A stretch of 64,000 nt of DNA from Pseudomonadota bacterium (GTDB taxonomy: Bacteria > Pseudomonadota > Alphaproteobacteria > Rhodobacterales > Rhodobacteraceae), in assembly GCA_038525525.1 (NCBI GenBank), contig JBCBHO010000003.1, positions 572,165 through 636,164 on the forward strand, in the 5' to 3' direction. A program made the position numbers and the translations under genes. A model generated the notes under the pieces. It ran no database searches. It saw only the letters and a program-made list of their open reading frames with translations, and was not told the DNA's origin. Positions 1 to 9,405 of this stretch are shown piece after piece; positions within the stretch are counted from its first letter, which is position 1, and every line of letters begins with the position of its first letter.

Positions 1-1050
1 GCCAGCTGGGCGATCTCGGGATACCTCGCCGTGACCGCGGGGCTTCAGCTCTTGCTCGGGCCGGTATCGGACCGGGTGGGGCGCAGGCCCATCGTGCTCT
101 TTGCCGTGGCCACCTTCACCGTGCTTTCGGTCATCTGCGCCGTGGCGGAGAGCTTTGCCGTATTCTTGACGGCGCGGCTCCTGCAAGGCGTCGTCATCGC
201 GGGCTCCACCATGGCGCTCGCCGCCGTGCGCGACACCGAGGAGCCGCGCGCCGCGGCCCGTCGCATCTCCTGGGTGGCCATGGGTATGGCCATCGGTCCG
301 ATGGTCGGTCCGATGATCGGGGGCATTCTGGATGAGGCCTTCGGGTGGCGGTCGATCTTTTGGGCGTTGGCGGGGGCCGGGGCCGTGCTCACGGGCCTCG
401 TCGGGCTTTCCTGGCGGGAGACGAACATTGCGCGCTCCGCCAGCTTCTCCGCTCAGTTCCGGTCCTATCCGGCGCTTGTGACCTCGCCGGTCTTCTGGTC
501 CTTTTCGGGGGTGATCATCACCGGCGTCGGGTGCTTCTTCGTTTTCATTTCGGGCGCGCCGCTCGTGGCGGAGCGCGTGCTGGAGATCAATTCCGCGCAG
601 CTTGGCCTCGCCATCGGCATCATCACGATGGGCTTTTTCGTGGGCAACGGTGTGTCCGGCCGCGTTGCCGAGCGCGTGGGGCTCGGGCGGATGGTGCTGG
701 CGGGCCGCGTGATCCAGCTGGTCGCGATCACGCTCAACCTCCTGCTCCTCGCGGCCGGGTTCTTCAATCCGCTCACCTTCTTTGGCCTCATGGCACTCGT
801 GGGATTTGGAAACGGGATCGCCAACCCGTCTGCCCATGCCGGGCTCATGTCCGTGGATCCGAAGCTTGCAGGCAGCGCGGCGGGCCTCTCCGGCGCCCTG
901 GTTCTGGCCTTTGGCGCGCTCTTCACGGCGATCTCCGCGCGACTCCTCGAAGGTGGGGCGCCCGCGACGACACTTCTCGTCACGCTCCTCGTCATTAGCA
1001 TCGCCGGGGTGGGGACGGCCTACGCGGCCTTCAAGCTGTCGCGCACGTGA
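1..1050 (+). CDS. MFS transporter, Bcr/CflA-like (5' end outside window)
   Basis: The frame of ORF 31..1050 stays open back to nt 1 (ASWAISGYLA...). The product is a multi-TM protein with the MFS loop motif GPVSDRVGRRP. Confidence 0.7.
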   Translation, partial: ASWAISGYLAVTAGLQLLLGPVSDRVGRRPIVLFAVATFTVLSVICAVAESFAVFLTARLLQGVVIAGSTMALAAVRDTEEPRAAARRISWVAMGMAIGPMVGPMIGGILDEAFGWRSIFWALAGAGAVLTGLVGLSWRETNIARSASFSAQFRSYPALVTSPVFWSFSGVIITGVGCFFVFISGAPLVAERVLEINSAQLGLAIGIITMGFFVGNGVSGRVAERVGLGRMVLAGRVIQLVAITLNLLLLAAGFFNPLTFFGLMALVGFGNGIANPSAHAGLMSVDPKLAGSAAGLSGALVLAFGALFTAISARLLEGGAPATTLLVTLLVISIAGVGTAYAAFKLSRT

Positions 1051-1880
1051 CGGGCGACGAGGGCAGGGTCTTCTTCATGGGCCAGGTGCCCGAGGCCTTC
1101 CAGTTCTATGATGCGGGCATTCTGTAGCCGGGCCGCCGCCTTTCGCGAGACGCCTGGAGGCACGGTGGTGTCGCCGGTCCCCACGAGGAGGATCACCTCC
1201 GCCGCGTTTCGAGGGAAGCGGGCGATGAGCGGTGTCAGGTTCCACGCGGCCATCATGCGCAGGGTCCCGTCGACATGCCGGGGATCGCTGACAAGCGCCT
1301 GGTAGAGCGCGCGCCCCTCGTCATCGAGGGTGGAGCCCGTCGCGTCGAGAAAGCGCCCGATCGAGCCCGCATTGGCCGCGGTGCTCGAGACCATCATGGC
1401 CGTGAAGGGATTGAGCGACATCAGCTGGGCAGCGAGCGGGAAGGCCCAGCCTGCCACACCCTCGAACTTTCCGAGGGCCGCGTTGACCCCGATGACGCGG
1501 TCGCAGAGCCCTGTCTCGGCGAGGCGAAGCGCCAAGGCGCCGCCGGCTGAGTGGCCGATGAGGGCCACGGGAGACCAGCCCTCGCGCTCTGCGAGCGCGG
1601 CGATGTCGCGGGCCATGGGGTCGATCCCATAGCGGCCGGCCAGCTTCGGGCGCGAGAAGCCCTGGCCCGGCAGATCGACGGCGATGCAGCGGTGGTCAGC
1701 GGCGAGGAGGGGCAGGAGGCCGCGCCAGCTTTGCGTTGCGCCGCCCGCGCCGTGGAGAAAGAGGAGGTCCGGCCCGTCGCCCATGATCTGCACGTGCCAG
1801 CGGCCGCCCGCATTTCCGGCGGGAATGAAGCTGCTGTGCGTGGCGTGGGGCCAGACCGCCTTGTGCCGCTCCCAGTCCAT
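1020..1880 (-). CDS. bchO: alpha/beta-hydrolase, magnesium chelatase accessory protein BchO
   Basis: 286 aa with an alpha/beta-hydrolase nucleophile elbow (GHSAGG). It lies directly downstream of bchI-bchD, as in Rhodobacter PGCs. Confidence 0.8.
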   Translation of the reverse strand: MDWERHKAVWPHATHSSFIPAGNAGGRWHVQIMGDGPDLLFLHGAGGATQSWRGLLPLLAADHRCIAVDLPGQGFSRPKLAGRYGIDPMARDIAALAEREGWSPVALIGHSAGGALALRLAETGLCDRVIGVNAALGKFEGVAGWAFPLAAQLMSLNPFTAMMVSSTAANAGSIGRFLDATGSTLDDEGRALYQALVSDPRHVDGTLRMMAAWNLTPLIARFPRNAAEVILLVGTGDTTVPPGVSRKAAARLQNARIIELEGLGHLAHEEDPALVARHVRDSLKAA

Positions 1881-1891
1881 CGCCCGCGCGG

Positions 1892-3532
1892 TCAGGCGAC
1901 GAGCGTGGAGACCGCGTCGCTCATCCGCTCCGCATTGGCGCGGGGCAGCGGAAGATACGTGGCATCCATCGTTTCCGCGAGGGTGCGTAGGCTGCGCTCG
2001 GGCCGCTTGCCGGTGTCGATCACGAGTGCCTCGAGACCCTGCGAGAGGATCACGCGGGCCTGGCGGAGCGCGTCCTGGCCTGCGCGCGTGCGGTCGGCCT
2101 CGCCATCGAGCGCGACGTTCGCGCGTCCATCTGTCAGAAGGATGAGCGTCGGCGTCATGCCCTTGGCCCTGCCCTGCAGCGTGATCTCGGTGGCCGCATG
2201 GAGCCCCGCGGCGAGCGGCGTGCCGCCCCCGCCGGGCAGCGCACCGAGGCGGCGCTTCGTCTGGACGAGGGAGCGCGTGGGTGGCAGGAGCACCTCGGCC
2301 TGCGTGCCGCGAAAGCTCACGAGCGAGACGTGATCGCGTCGCGCATAGGCCTCGCTCAGGAGGATCTCGATGGCGCCCTTGGCCTCCGCCAGCCGCGCGA
2401 GGGCCGCGGAGCCCGAGGCGTCCACGACGAAGACGAGGAGCGTGTCGGACTTCTCCTCGAAGCGCTTCATGCGGAAGTCGCTGCCGCGGATCTCGATGGC
2501 CTTTTCCGCGCCGGTCTGCCGCCTGAGCGCCTGCCAGGGCGCAGCGGCGCGGAGGGTGTCCACGATATCGAGCCGGGTACGCCCATCGTAGGGCGCTGCC
2601 TTCGGCGCGAGGGGGCGGCCCCGGCGGTTGCCCGTGCGCTTTGCACCCTTGCCCGCGCCCGCAGCACCCCGCCGCGCGCGGCGTTGGGCGATCTGGGTCA
2701 GGATGTCGGCTGGAAGGGCGGCGCGCACGGCCTCGAGCAGGATCTCCTGCGGGATGGCGTCGCCCTGATCTTCGGGGTCTCGGCGCTCCTGCTCCTGCTC
2801 TTCATCGGGCGCTGGAGGCTCGGGCGCGTCGTCGGCAGGTTCGGGCAGGCGCGTGGCGCGAGGCGCGAGGGTGAGGATGGCCGCCATCTCGATATCCTCC
2901 GGCGTCACCTCGCGGCGGCGGTGAAGTGTGGCATGGGCCTGGGCAGCCCAGAGGCAAAAGAGCGCGGCGCGCGCGGAGGCAACGCCGAGGCTCTCGGCGA
3001 GGCTCGCGATGGCGACGATGTCCGCCTCCGTGGACCGGACCTCGGCGGCCTCAGGCAGGGTGCCGAAGCCCACGAGCGCATCGCCGCAGGCGATGCCATC
3101 GAGATCGAGATGGAAGGCGAGCCGGTCCGTCACCGTCCGCGTGACGCCTTCATCCTCTGCGGCGCCTTCATCGAGCGCCACCATCCTGTGCCCGGTATCG
3201 AGGGCCTGCGACAGGCGCGCGGCGATCCCTGCCTCGAGCCGCTCTGCCATGGGCACGATCAGGAGACAGGGCTCGGCGAGAAGGCCCCGGCTGCGCACTT
3301 CTCGGCCAGAGCTCAGCGTCGCAGCCAGATCGAGCCCGCCGTCGAGCTGCTCATGGGTGACGCTGAGCGGCACTTTGCGCTGCGGCACGGACAGACGCGC
3401 GAGCCCGTCCATCCAGCGGTCTCGCACCGGTCCGGTGCGGGCCCGGAGGCAGACGCCGCCGAGTCGCGGCTCGAGCGCCAGAAGCTTCAGCGCGAGCAGC
3501 GCGCGCTGCCAGCGCTGCGAGGCCTCGCTCAC
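1892..3532 (-). CDS. bchD: magnesium chelatase subunit D
   Basis: 546 aa. It has an acidic/Pro-rich linker (PEPADDAPEPPAPDEEQEQE) and a C-terminal vWA domain (LLVFVVDASGS). It overlaps bchI by 4 nt. Confidence 0.93.
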   Translation of the reverse strand: MSEASQRWQRALLALKLLALEPRLGGVCLRARTGPVRDRWMDGLARLSVPQRKVPLSVTHEQLDGGLDLAATLSSGREVRSRGLLAEPCLLIVPMAERLEAGIAARLSQALDTGHRMVALDEGAAEDEGVTRTVTDRLAFHLDLDGIACGDALVGFGTLPEAAEVRSTEADIVAIASLAESLGVASARAALFCLWAAQAHATLHRRREVTPEDIEMAAILTLAPRATRLPEPADDAPEPPAPDEEQEQERRDPEDQGDAIPQEILLEAVRAALPADILTQIAQRRARRGAAGAGKGAKRTGNRRGRPLAPKAAPYDGRTRLDIVDTLRAAAPWQALRRQTGAEKAIEIRGSDFRMKRFEEKSDTLLVFVVDASGSAALARLAEAKGAIEILLSEAYARRDHVSLVSFRGTQAEVLLPPTRSLVQTKRRLGALPGGGGTPLAAGLHAATEITLQGRAKGMTPTLILLTDGRANVALDGEADRTRAGQDALRQARVILSQGLEALVIDTGKRPERSLRTLAETMDATYLPLPRANAERMSDAVSTLVA

Positions 3533-4533
3533 GCTCCCATCACCTCTTCGACCACGCGGGTCACCCGCGTGCCGGATCCGGCCTCGTCCAGCGGGTCACG
3601 GCGCAGACGGTGACGCAGGGCAGGGGCCGCGATGGCGGCGATGTGGCCTTGGGTCATGGTGCGCTTGCCGCGGAACGCCGCGAGTGCACGGCCCGCCTTG
3701 AGCAGTGTCAGTTCCCCCCGGAGACCGTCAGAGCCGAGAGCGAGGCAGAGCTCGGCGCATCGCTCGAGGATGCGGGGCGGGGTGACGACCTTTGGCAGGA
3801 GCTTGCGGGCGGCGAGGATCTGATCGCGGATCTTGGCGTCTTCGCCGGACCAGTCACGCATGAAGCCCGCCTTGTCGCGCTCGAACGCGTCGCGGCGCGA
3901 AATAACCTCGATGCGGGTCTCGATGTCCGTGGGCGATTTCACGTCCACGCTGAGCCCGAAGCGGTCCAGCAGCTGGGGTCTCAGCTCCCCTTCCTCCGGG
4001 TTGCCGGAGCCCACCAGCACGAAGCGTGCAGGGTGCCGGATCGAGAGCCCCTCGCGCTCCACGACATTCTCGCCGGACTGTGCCACATCGAGAAGCAGGT
4101 CAACGATGTGATCCTCGAGGAGATTGACCTCGTCGATGTAAAGATATCCGCGGTTGGCCCGTGCGAGAAGCCCGGCTTGGAAGGCCTTGGTGCCCTGGGT
4201 GAGCGCCTTTTCGATGTCGAGCGCGCCGGTGACGCGGTCCTCCGTGGCCCCGAGCGGCAGGTCGATCACGGGGGTGGGCATCTCCACGGGCGCGGCATCC
4301 GCCACGTTCGCCCAGTCCGGGCAGTCCGCATGGGTCGCTGAATTCACGGGGCAGCCCGGCACGGCTGTGATCGGCGGCAGGAGCGCGGCCAGCCCGCGCA
4401 CAGCCGTGGACTTGCCCGTGCCGCGATCGCCGAACACGAGGACGCCCCCGATGGACGGGTCGATGGCCGTGAGGACCATCGCTTGCTTCATCTCGTCCTG
4501 GCCCACGATGGCCGAAAAGGGGAAGGCGGTCAT
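3529..4533 (-). CDS. bchI: magnesium chelatase ATPase subunit I
   Basis: 334 aa AAA+ protein. The N-terminus is FPFSAIVGQDEMKQAM and the Walker A motif is GDRGTGKST. Confidence 0.96.
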   Translation of the reverse strand: MTAFPFSAIVGQDEMKQAMVLTAIDPSIGGVLVFGDRGTGKSTAVRGLAALLPPITAVPGCPVNSATHADCPDWANVADAAPVEMPTPVIDLPLGATEDRVTGALDIEKALTQGTKAFQAGLLARANRGYLYIDEVNLLEDHIVDLLLDVAQSGENVVEREGLSIRHPARFVLVGSGNPEEGELRPQLLDRFGLSVDVKSPTDIETRIEVISRRDAFERDKAGFMRDWSGEDAKIRDQILAARKLLPKVVTPPRILERCAELCLALGSDGLRGELTLLKAGRALAAFRGKRTMTQGHIAAIAAPALRHRLRRDPLDEAGSGTRVTRVVEEVMGA

Positions 4534-5300
4534 GGTGCTCGGTCCTTGAACTTGTCGAGTGGGCTGCGGCCCTCCCAGGCGCCGTGTTCGCCGGTGACAG
4601 CGAAGCGGGCGTAAAGCTCTTCGCGGAACCAGCCACCGTCGCGCACGGCCCGGATCGCGCGGGCATGGGGCCCGTCCTTCCGGGCGAAATCGGCCATGGC
4701 CTCGGGAGATGGCCAGATCGAGAAGGTCACTTGCTGCATCCAGGGCACCTCGCCGATGCCGATCTTGAAGGCCACGTTCTGATCGAGCCCGATGCGTTCG
4801 GAGATGTCCGGCACCCGTTTCCAGAACTTGAGGGCGTTGCGCGGTTTCAGCGCGGCGCGGGTCAGGGCGGCAAGAGGCTTGCCTCCGCGCGGGCCGGGAC
4901 CCTCGGGGCCGCCTTCGCCATCCGGGCCGCCGGAGCCCCGGGGCGGGTGATCAGTGGGCTCGAAGGGCTGTTTTCCTGACCAGTTCCCGCGCGCCTGCGT
5001 GGGCGTGAGATAGACTGTCCAGCTTTCCAGCGCGTGGCGGCGATAGCGGGAGAAGAAGGTCTCCTCCTCCACCCGTTCCTTGGCGGTATCCGCGTCGGGC
5101 CAGGTGCAGAGGATCGCGTAGACGGCCGTGTTTGGAACAGGGGTGAAGCCCTCGCCCGTGCCCGAGCCGCAGAGCTTCCAGAAGCCCACATCCGGAACAC
5201 GGGGCAAAAGCAGCCGTGAAACCCCCATCATTGCGAAGGCCCAGGCTTTCGGTCCTACCCCCGCGAAGCGGAAGAAGGAGAGTGAGACGGTTTGGGGCAT
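4530..5300 (-). CDS. crtA: spheroidene monooxygenase
   Basis: CrtA-like sequence (MPQTVSLSFFRF...GFWKLCGSG...). The start was set at the internal ATG at 5300 because a PpsR palindrome occupies 5316-5333. The ORF track extends to 5390. Confidence 0.82.
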   Translation of the reverse strand: MPQTVSLSFFRFAGVGPKAWAFAMMGVSRLLLPRVPDVGFWKLCGSGTGEGFTPVPNTAVYAILCTWPDADTAKERVEEETFFSRYRRHALESWTVYLTPTQARGNWSGKQPFEPTDHPPRGSGGPDGEGGPEGPGPRGGKPLAALTRAALKPRNALKFWKRVPDISERIGLDQNVAFKIGIGEVPWMQQVTFSIWPSPEAMADFARKDGPHARAIRAVRDGGWFREELYARFAVTGEHGAWEGRSPLDKFKDRAP

Positions 5301-5315
5301 GCGGATTCCCATGTG

Positions 5316-5333
5316 TGTCAGCTTACCCTTACA
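5316..5333. promoter_or_regulatory. PpsR/CrtJ-type palindrome TGT-N12-ACA (crtA/crtI divergent region)
   Basis: TGTCAGCTTACCCTTACA read directly. It lies just upstream of the crtA ATG. Confidence 0.7.
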
Positions 5334-5380
5334 CATTCGCGCAAATATGTGAAGACAAGCCCGGAATTTCTTGCGATAGA

Positions 5381-5398
5381 TGTAAATCAAGGCTGACA
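5381..5398. promoter_or_regulatory. PpsR/CrtJ-type palindrome TGT-N12-ACA (crtI promoter side)
   Basis: TGTAAATCAAGGCTGACA, 15 nt upstream of the crtI ATG. Confidence 0.7.
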
Positions 5399-5412
5399 GT
5401 CAGGACGCTGAA

Positions 5413-6927
5413 ATGACAGACCCAACCAAGGCGATTGTGATCGGCGCCGGGCTCGGCGGGCTCGCCGCTGCCATGCGCCTCGGCGCGAAAGGCTATGCCG
5501 TCACCGTCATCGACCGCCTCGACCGGGTGGGCGGGCGCGGCTCGTCGATCACCAAGGGTGGGCACCGCTTCGATCTCGGCCCCACGATCGTCACCGTCCC
5601 GCAAGTCTATGAGAAGCTCTGGGCCGCCTGCGGGCGCGACTTCCACGCCGATGTGAAGCTCATCCCGCTCGATCCGTTTTACGAGATCCGCTGGCCCGAC
5701 GGGGCGAACTTCTACGCCACGGGCGACACGAAGATCATGGAGACCGAGATCGCGCGGCTCAATCCGGCGGATGTGCCGGGCTACAGGCGTTTCCTCGAGG
5801 ATGCCCGCCGCCGGTATGTCGTCGGGTTCGAGGGCATGGTGGCCAAACCCATGCACCGGCTCTGGGACACGCTCAAGGTGCTGCCGACCTTCGGCCTGCT
5901 CCGGGCCGACCAATCCATTCTGAAGCTCGCGCAAAAGCGCGTATCGGACGAGCGGCTGCGCATGGCGCTCTCCTTTCATCCGCTTTTCATCGGGGGTGAC
6001 CCGATGCACGTGACGTCGATGTATGCGCTTGTCAGTCATCTCGAGAAGGAATTCGGCGTGCACTACGCCATGGGCGGCGTGCAGGCGATTGCCGATGCCA
6101 TGGCGCGGGTGCTCGAGGATCAGGGCGGCGAGATCCGCCTCGGCACCGATGTCGATGAGATCGTGGTCGAGGGTGGACGGGCCACAGGGGTCCGCGTGGG
6201 TGGCCATGTCTGGCGCGCGCCCGTCGTCGTCTCCAATGCCGATGCCGGGCACACCTTTCACAAGCTCCTGCGCAATCACCCGAGGCGCGGATGGAGCCGC
6301 GCCGGCAAGGGGCGGCGGTGGTCGATGTCGCTCTTTGTCTGGTATTTCGGAACCGAGGGAACGCGTGACCTCTGGCGGGATGTCGGACACCACACCATCC
6401 TCTCCGGGCCGCGCTACGAGGGCCTGCTCCGTGACATCTTCATCACGGGCAAGCTCGCCGACGACATGAGCCTCTACCTCCACAGGCCCTCTGTGACGGA
6501 TCCGACTGTCGCGCCCGCGGGCGGAGATACGTTCTACGCGCTCTCGCCGGTCCCGCATCTGGGGCATGGCGGTGTGAACTGGTCGGAGGAGGGCGCGGCC
6601 TACAAGCGGAAGGTGGCGCGCGTGCTCAACGACACGATCCCCGGCTTCCGCGACCACATGACCGAGGAGGTCGTCTTCACGCCCGAGACCTTCCGCGACC
6701 GCTACCGGTCGCCGTTTGGTGCGGGTTTCAGCCTCGAGCCGCGCATCCTTCAATCCGCCTGGTTCCGGCCCCACAACGTCACCCGTATCCCGGGTCTCTA
6801 CCTCACGGGCGCGGGCACGCATCCGGGCGCCGGCGTGCCGGGCGTGGTGTCGAGCGCCGAGGTCCTTGATAGGCTGATCCCCGACGCGGAGCGCCCGGTA
6901 CAGGAGATAAAGGTGGCCGCCGAATGA
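5413..6927 (+). CDS. crtI: phytoene desaturase
   Basis: 504 aa with the FAD fold motif VIGAGLGGLAAA. The CrtI-family sequence is followed by crtB, with an ATGA overlap. Confidence 0.95.
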   Translation: MTDPTKAIVIGAGLGGLAAAMRLGAKGYAVTVIDRLDRVGGRGSSITKGGHRFDLGPTIVTVPQVYEKLWAACGRDFHADVKLIPLDPFYEIRWPDGANFYATGDTKIMETEIARLNPADVPGYRRFLEDARRRYVVGFEGMVAKPMHRLWDTLKVLPTFGLLRADQSILKLAQKRVSDERLRMALSFHPLFIGGDPMHVTSMYALVSHLEKEFGVHYAMGGVQAIADAMARVLEDQGGEIRLGTDVDEIVVEGGRATGVRVGGHVWRAPVVVSNADAGHTFHKLLRNHPRRGWSRAGKGRRWSMSLFVWYFGTEGTRDLWRDVGHHTILSGPRYEGLLRDIFITGKLADDMSLYLHRPSVTDPTVAPAGGDTFYALSPVPHLGHGGVNWSEEGAAYKRKVARVLNDTIPGFRDHMTEEVVFTPETFRDRYRSPFGAGFSLEPRILQSAWFRPHNVTRIPGLYLTGAGTHPGAGVPGVVSSAEVLDRLIPDAERPVQEIKVAAE

Positions 6928-7940
6928 TCGCGCCGGACGACCTCGCCCACTGCAAGGAGGCCATCCGCCACGGATCGCTCTCCTTCCATACCGCCTCTCT
7001 GCTTTTGCCTGCCCGCGTTCGGGACCCGGCGCTGGCGCTCTACGCGTTTTGCCGCTTGGCCGATGACGCAGTGGATCTGGGTGATGACGAGCGGGCCGCT
7101 GTCCTGACGCTCGAAGAGCGCCTCGACCGCGCCTATGCCGGGCGGCCACGCAACACGCCCACCGACCGCGCTTTTGCCGCCATGATCGAAACCCACCAGA
7201 TGCCGCGCGCGCTGCCCGAGGCGTTGCTGGAAGGCCTCGCTTGGGACGCGTTGGGGCGCGAGTACCAGACCCTCAGCGGGGTCATCTCCTACTCGGCCCG
7301 CGTGGCCTCGGCCGTCGGCGCGATGATGGCCGTGCTCATGGGCGTGAGGGATCCCGACGCGCTCGCCCGCGCCTGCGATCTCGGCGTCGCCATGCAGCTC
7401 ACCAATATTGCGCGTGACGTGGGGGAGGATGCCCGCATGGGGCGGATCTACCTGCCACGGGACTGGTTCGTGGAGGCGGGGCTCGATGCCGAAGCCTGGC
7501 TCCGGGATCCGCTGCCCACGCCCGAAATACGCCGCATGACGCGGCGCCTGCTCCACGAGGCTGACAAGCTCTATCGCCGCTCCGAGGCGGGCATGCCGCG
7601 GCTGCCCTTCGCAGCCCGCCCCGGGATCAGCGCGGCACGGCATGTCTATGCCGGGATCGGTGGCGAGGTCCGGCGGAACGGCTACGACGCCGTGTCCCGC
7701 CGCGCGGTGACCTCGCGGGTGCAAAAGCTCGGTTGGCTCGGGCGGGCCCTTGTGCAGACGGCGGGCACGGTCCTGCTGCCGCAGCCGGCCACGCTCTATG
7801 CCCGGCCCTTGCCGGAGGTGGCCTTTCTCGTGGAGGCTGCGGCCACCCGGCGCCCCGCGCCGGGGCGGGCTTCGGCCGTGCTCGATGTCCTTGCCGAGCT
7901 CCGCGCGCGCGACCTGCGTCCGCTGGCGCCCGGCGAATAG
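6924..7940 (+). CDS. crtB: phytoene synthase
   Basis: 338 aa squalene/phytoene synthase family protein (YAFCRLADDAVD, NIARDVGEDA). Confidence 0.95.
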   Translation: MIAPDDLAHCKEAIRHGSLSFHTASLLLPARVRDPALALYAFCRLADDAVDLGDDERAAVLTLEERLDRAYAGRPRNTPTDRAFAAMIETHQMPRALPEALLEGLAWDALGREYQTLSGVISYSARVASAVGAMMAVLMGVRDPDALARACDLGVAMQLTNIARDVGEDARMGRIYLPRDWFVEAGLDAEAWLRDPLPTPEIRRMTRRLLHEADKLYRRSEAGMPRLPFAARPGISAARHVYAGIGGEVRRNGYDAVSRRAVTSRVQKLGWLGRALVQTAGTVLLPQPATLYARPLPEVAFLVEAAATRRPAPGRASAVLDVLAELRARDLRPLAPGE

Positions 7941-7978
7941 TGCCCTAGCTCTGGCCCAAGCCAGAAGGGAGCCCCGTG

Positions 7979-8452
7979 ATGGAGCTGACAGTCTTTCTCG
8001 TCTACCTCGCCGCCTGCTGTGCAGCCGCGGCCACGGGGAGCCTGTTTCCACCGGACAAGTGGTATTTCGAAGAGCTCAAGAAGCCCGGTTGGACCCCGCC
8101 GCCTTGGCTCTTTCCCTTGGCGTGGAGCGCGCTCTACATCGCGTCGGCCGTGGCCGCTGCGCGTGTGGCCGGCCTTGAAGGCGCGTCGTTGGCCACGGCT
8201 TTCTGGGCCCTCCAGATCGCACTCAACACGCTATGGTCGCCCATCTTTTTTGGCCTGAAGAAGCTAGGCCCCGCCATGATTGCCTTGGTCTTCCTCTGGC
8301 TCGCGGTGGTGGCGACATGCGTCTCCTTCGCGCGGCTCGACTGGATCGCTGGCCTTCTCATGGCGCCCTATATCGTTTGGGTGAGCTATGCCGGAGCCCT
8401 CAATTGGTGGATCTGGCGCAATAACGAGGCGGCGCCCGCCCCGCAGAGCTGA
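7979..8452 (+). CDS. tspO: tryptophan-rich sensory protein TspO
   Basis: Five-TM, Trp-rich protein (PGWTPPPWLFPLAWSALY) in the canonical position after crtB. The ATG at 7979 is preferred over the GTG at 7976, with GGGAG 7 nt upstream. Confidence 0.9.
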   Translation: MELTVFLVYLAACCAAAATGSLFPPDKWYFEELKKPGWTPPPWLFPLAWSALYIASAVAAARVAGLEGASLATAFWALQIALNTLWSPIFFGLKKLGPAMIALVFLWLAVVATCVSFARLDWIAGLLMAPYIVWVSYAGALNWWIWRNNEAAPAPQS

Positions 8453-8481
8453 AGCCGCTCAAGCCGTTTCGAAGGGGCGTT

Positions 8482-9405
8482 TCAGCGCCACCTGGCCCTC
8501 CTCGGGACACGCACTGCGAGCATCGGTTTGAGGAGCGGAGATCGAAAGCGCCTCAGATCGAGCGCTTCATGGACGCCCACCGTCTCCTCGCCCTCGATCC
8601 GCGTGCGCACCGCGCTCCGGGAATAGAATGGCGCGTCGAGCATGTTCTGGACCTGATGCGGGAGATAGCCTTCATCGGAGCGGGTCTCGCGTTTCACCGC
8701 CCAGAGCGACCTCCGGAACCGGGTCAGCGGCGGCGTGCGCGACATCACCTCCGCGCCCCCATCCGCGTCAAAGCGGATGGCGGTCGCAAGTTGTGAGCCG
8801 TCGAGCCTGTCGGCGTCGTAGAAACACGCGGCCCCGTCCCCGAGCGGGTATCGACCCCAGCTCCAGAAGCTGAAATCCTGCTCGAGCGCGCGCGTGCCGA
8901 AATTGGCGTCGAAGTAGCCATGGCCCTGCCACTGCCAGCCCGGCGCGTCGAGCTCCACGCTGATCGAGGAGGTGGGCGCGAATGGGCGCCAGACATGGGC
9001 GCCGTCCGGCGTCAGCGGCATCTCCACTTCGGTCATGGCGGCGGGCTTGACCCGCACCTGGCCCTGCACGCGGGAGATCAGGGGCGGGCTCGACACCTCG
9101 TTGATGTCGATGACGAGTTCGTCGCCCGTCCAGCTCATGGAGCTCGGTCCCACCTCGAGGCGATCGGCGGACAGACGCAGTGCGCCTGCGCCTCTGTCGG
9201 TCATCGTGAAGCGCCCGCCTGCGCCGTAGGTCGCGACGTTGATGCAGCAGTGATTTTGCGGGTGGCGCCGCCCGGACCACGCGTACCACGGCGAGAAGAC
9301 CGAGCCGATGAAGCCAATGATGGAAATCGCCCGCGTGCCGCAATCGCTCAGGCCGTCGACATACCACCATGCATAGCCGTTCGGCGGGACGTCGAGGTCA
9401 AAGTT
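8482..9405 (-). CDS. crtC: hydroxyneurosporene synthase (carotenoid 1,2-hydratase); start codon not resolvable
   Basis: The conserved CrtC core begins at FDLDVPPNGYAWWYVDG...IIGFIGSVFSPWYAW. The track ORF runs to 9822, but its upstream part is Arg/Gly/Pro-rich and overlaps crtD. Confidence 0.8.
   Translation of the reverse strand, partial: NFDLDVPPNGYAWWYVDGLSDCGTRAISIIGFIGSVFSPWYAWSGRRHPQNHCCINVATYGAGGRFTMTDRGAGALRLSADRLEVGPSSMSWTGDELVIDINEVSSPPLISRVQGQVRVKPAAMTEVEMPLTPDGAHVWRPFAPTSSISVELDAPGWQWQGHGYFDANFGTRALEQDFSFWSWGRYPLGDGAACFYDADRLDGSQLATAIRFDADGGAEVMSRTPPLTRFRRSLWAVKRETRSDEGYLPHQVQNMLDAPFYSRSAVRTRIEGEETVGVHEALDLRRFRSPLLKPMLAVRVPRRARWR

Noticed and set aside
4875-4965. crtA Gly/Pro insert as a further copy of the GTCCCGG repeat family
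   Set aside because: It contains CGCCCCGG and GGTCCCGG 36 nt apart, as copy E does. However, the intervening 36 nt match copy E at only ~9 positions, which is random level. It also lacks the hairpin partner arm.
5370-5392. FNR/FnrL-like box TTGCG...ATCAA in the crtA/crtI spacer
   Set aside because: The half-sites are separated by 10 nt rather than 4, and the left half is imperfect. The PpsR palindrome at 5381 explains the region better.
5329-7149. 606-aa minus-strand ORF antisense to crtI/crtB
   Set aside because: This is the same GC-driven artefact. The plus-strand genes carry clear family motifs.
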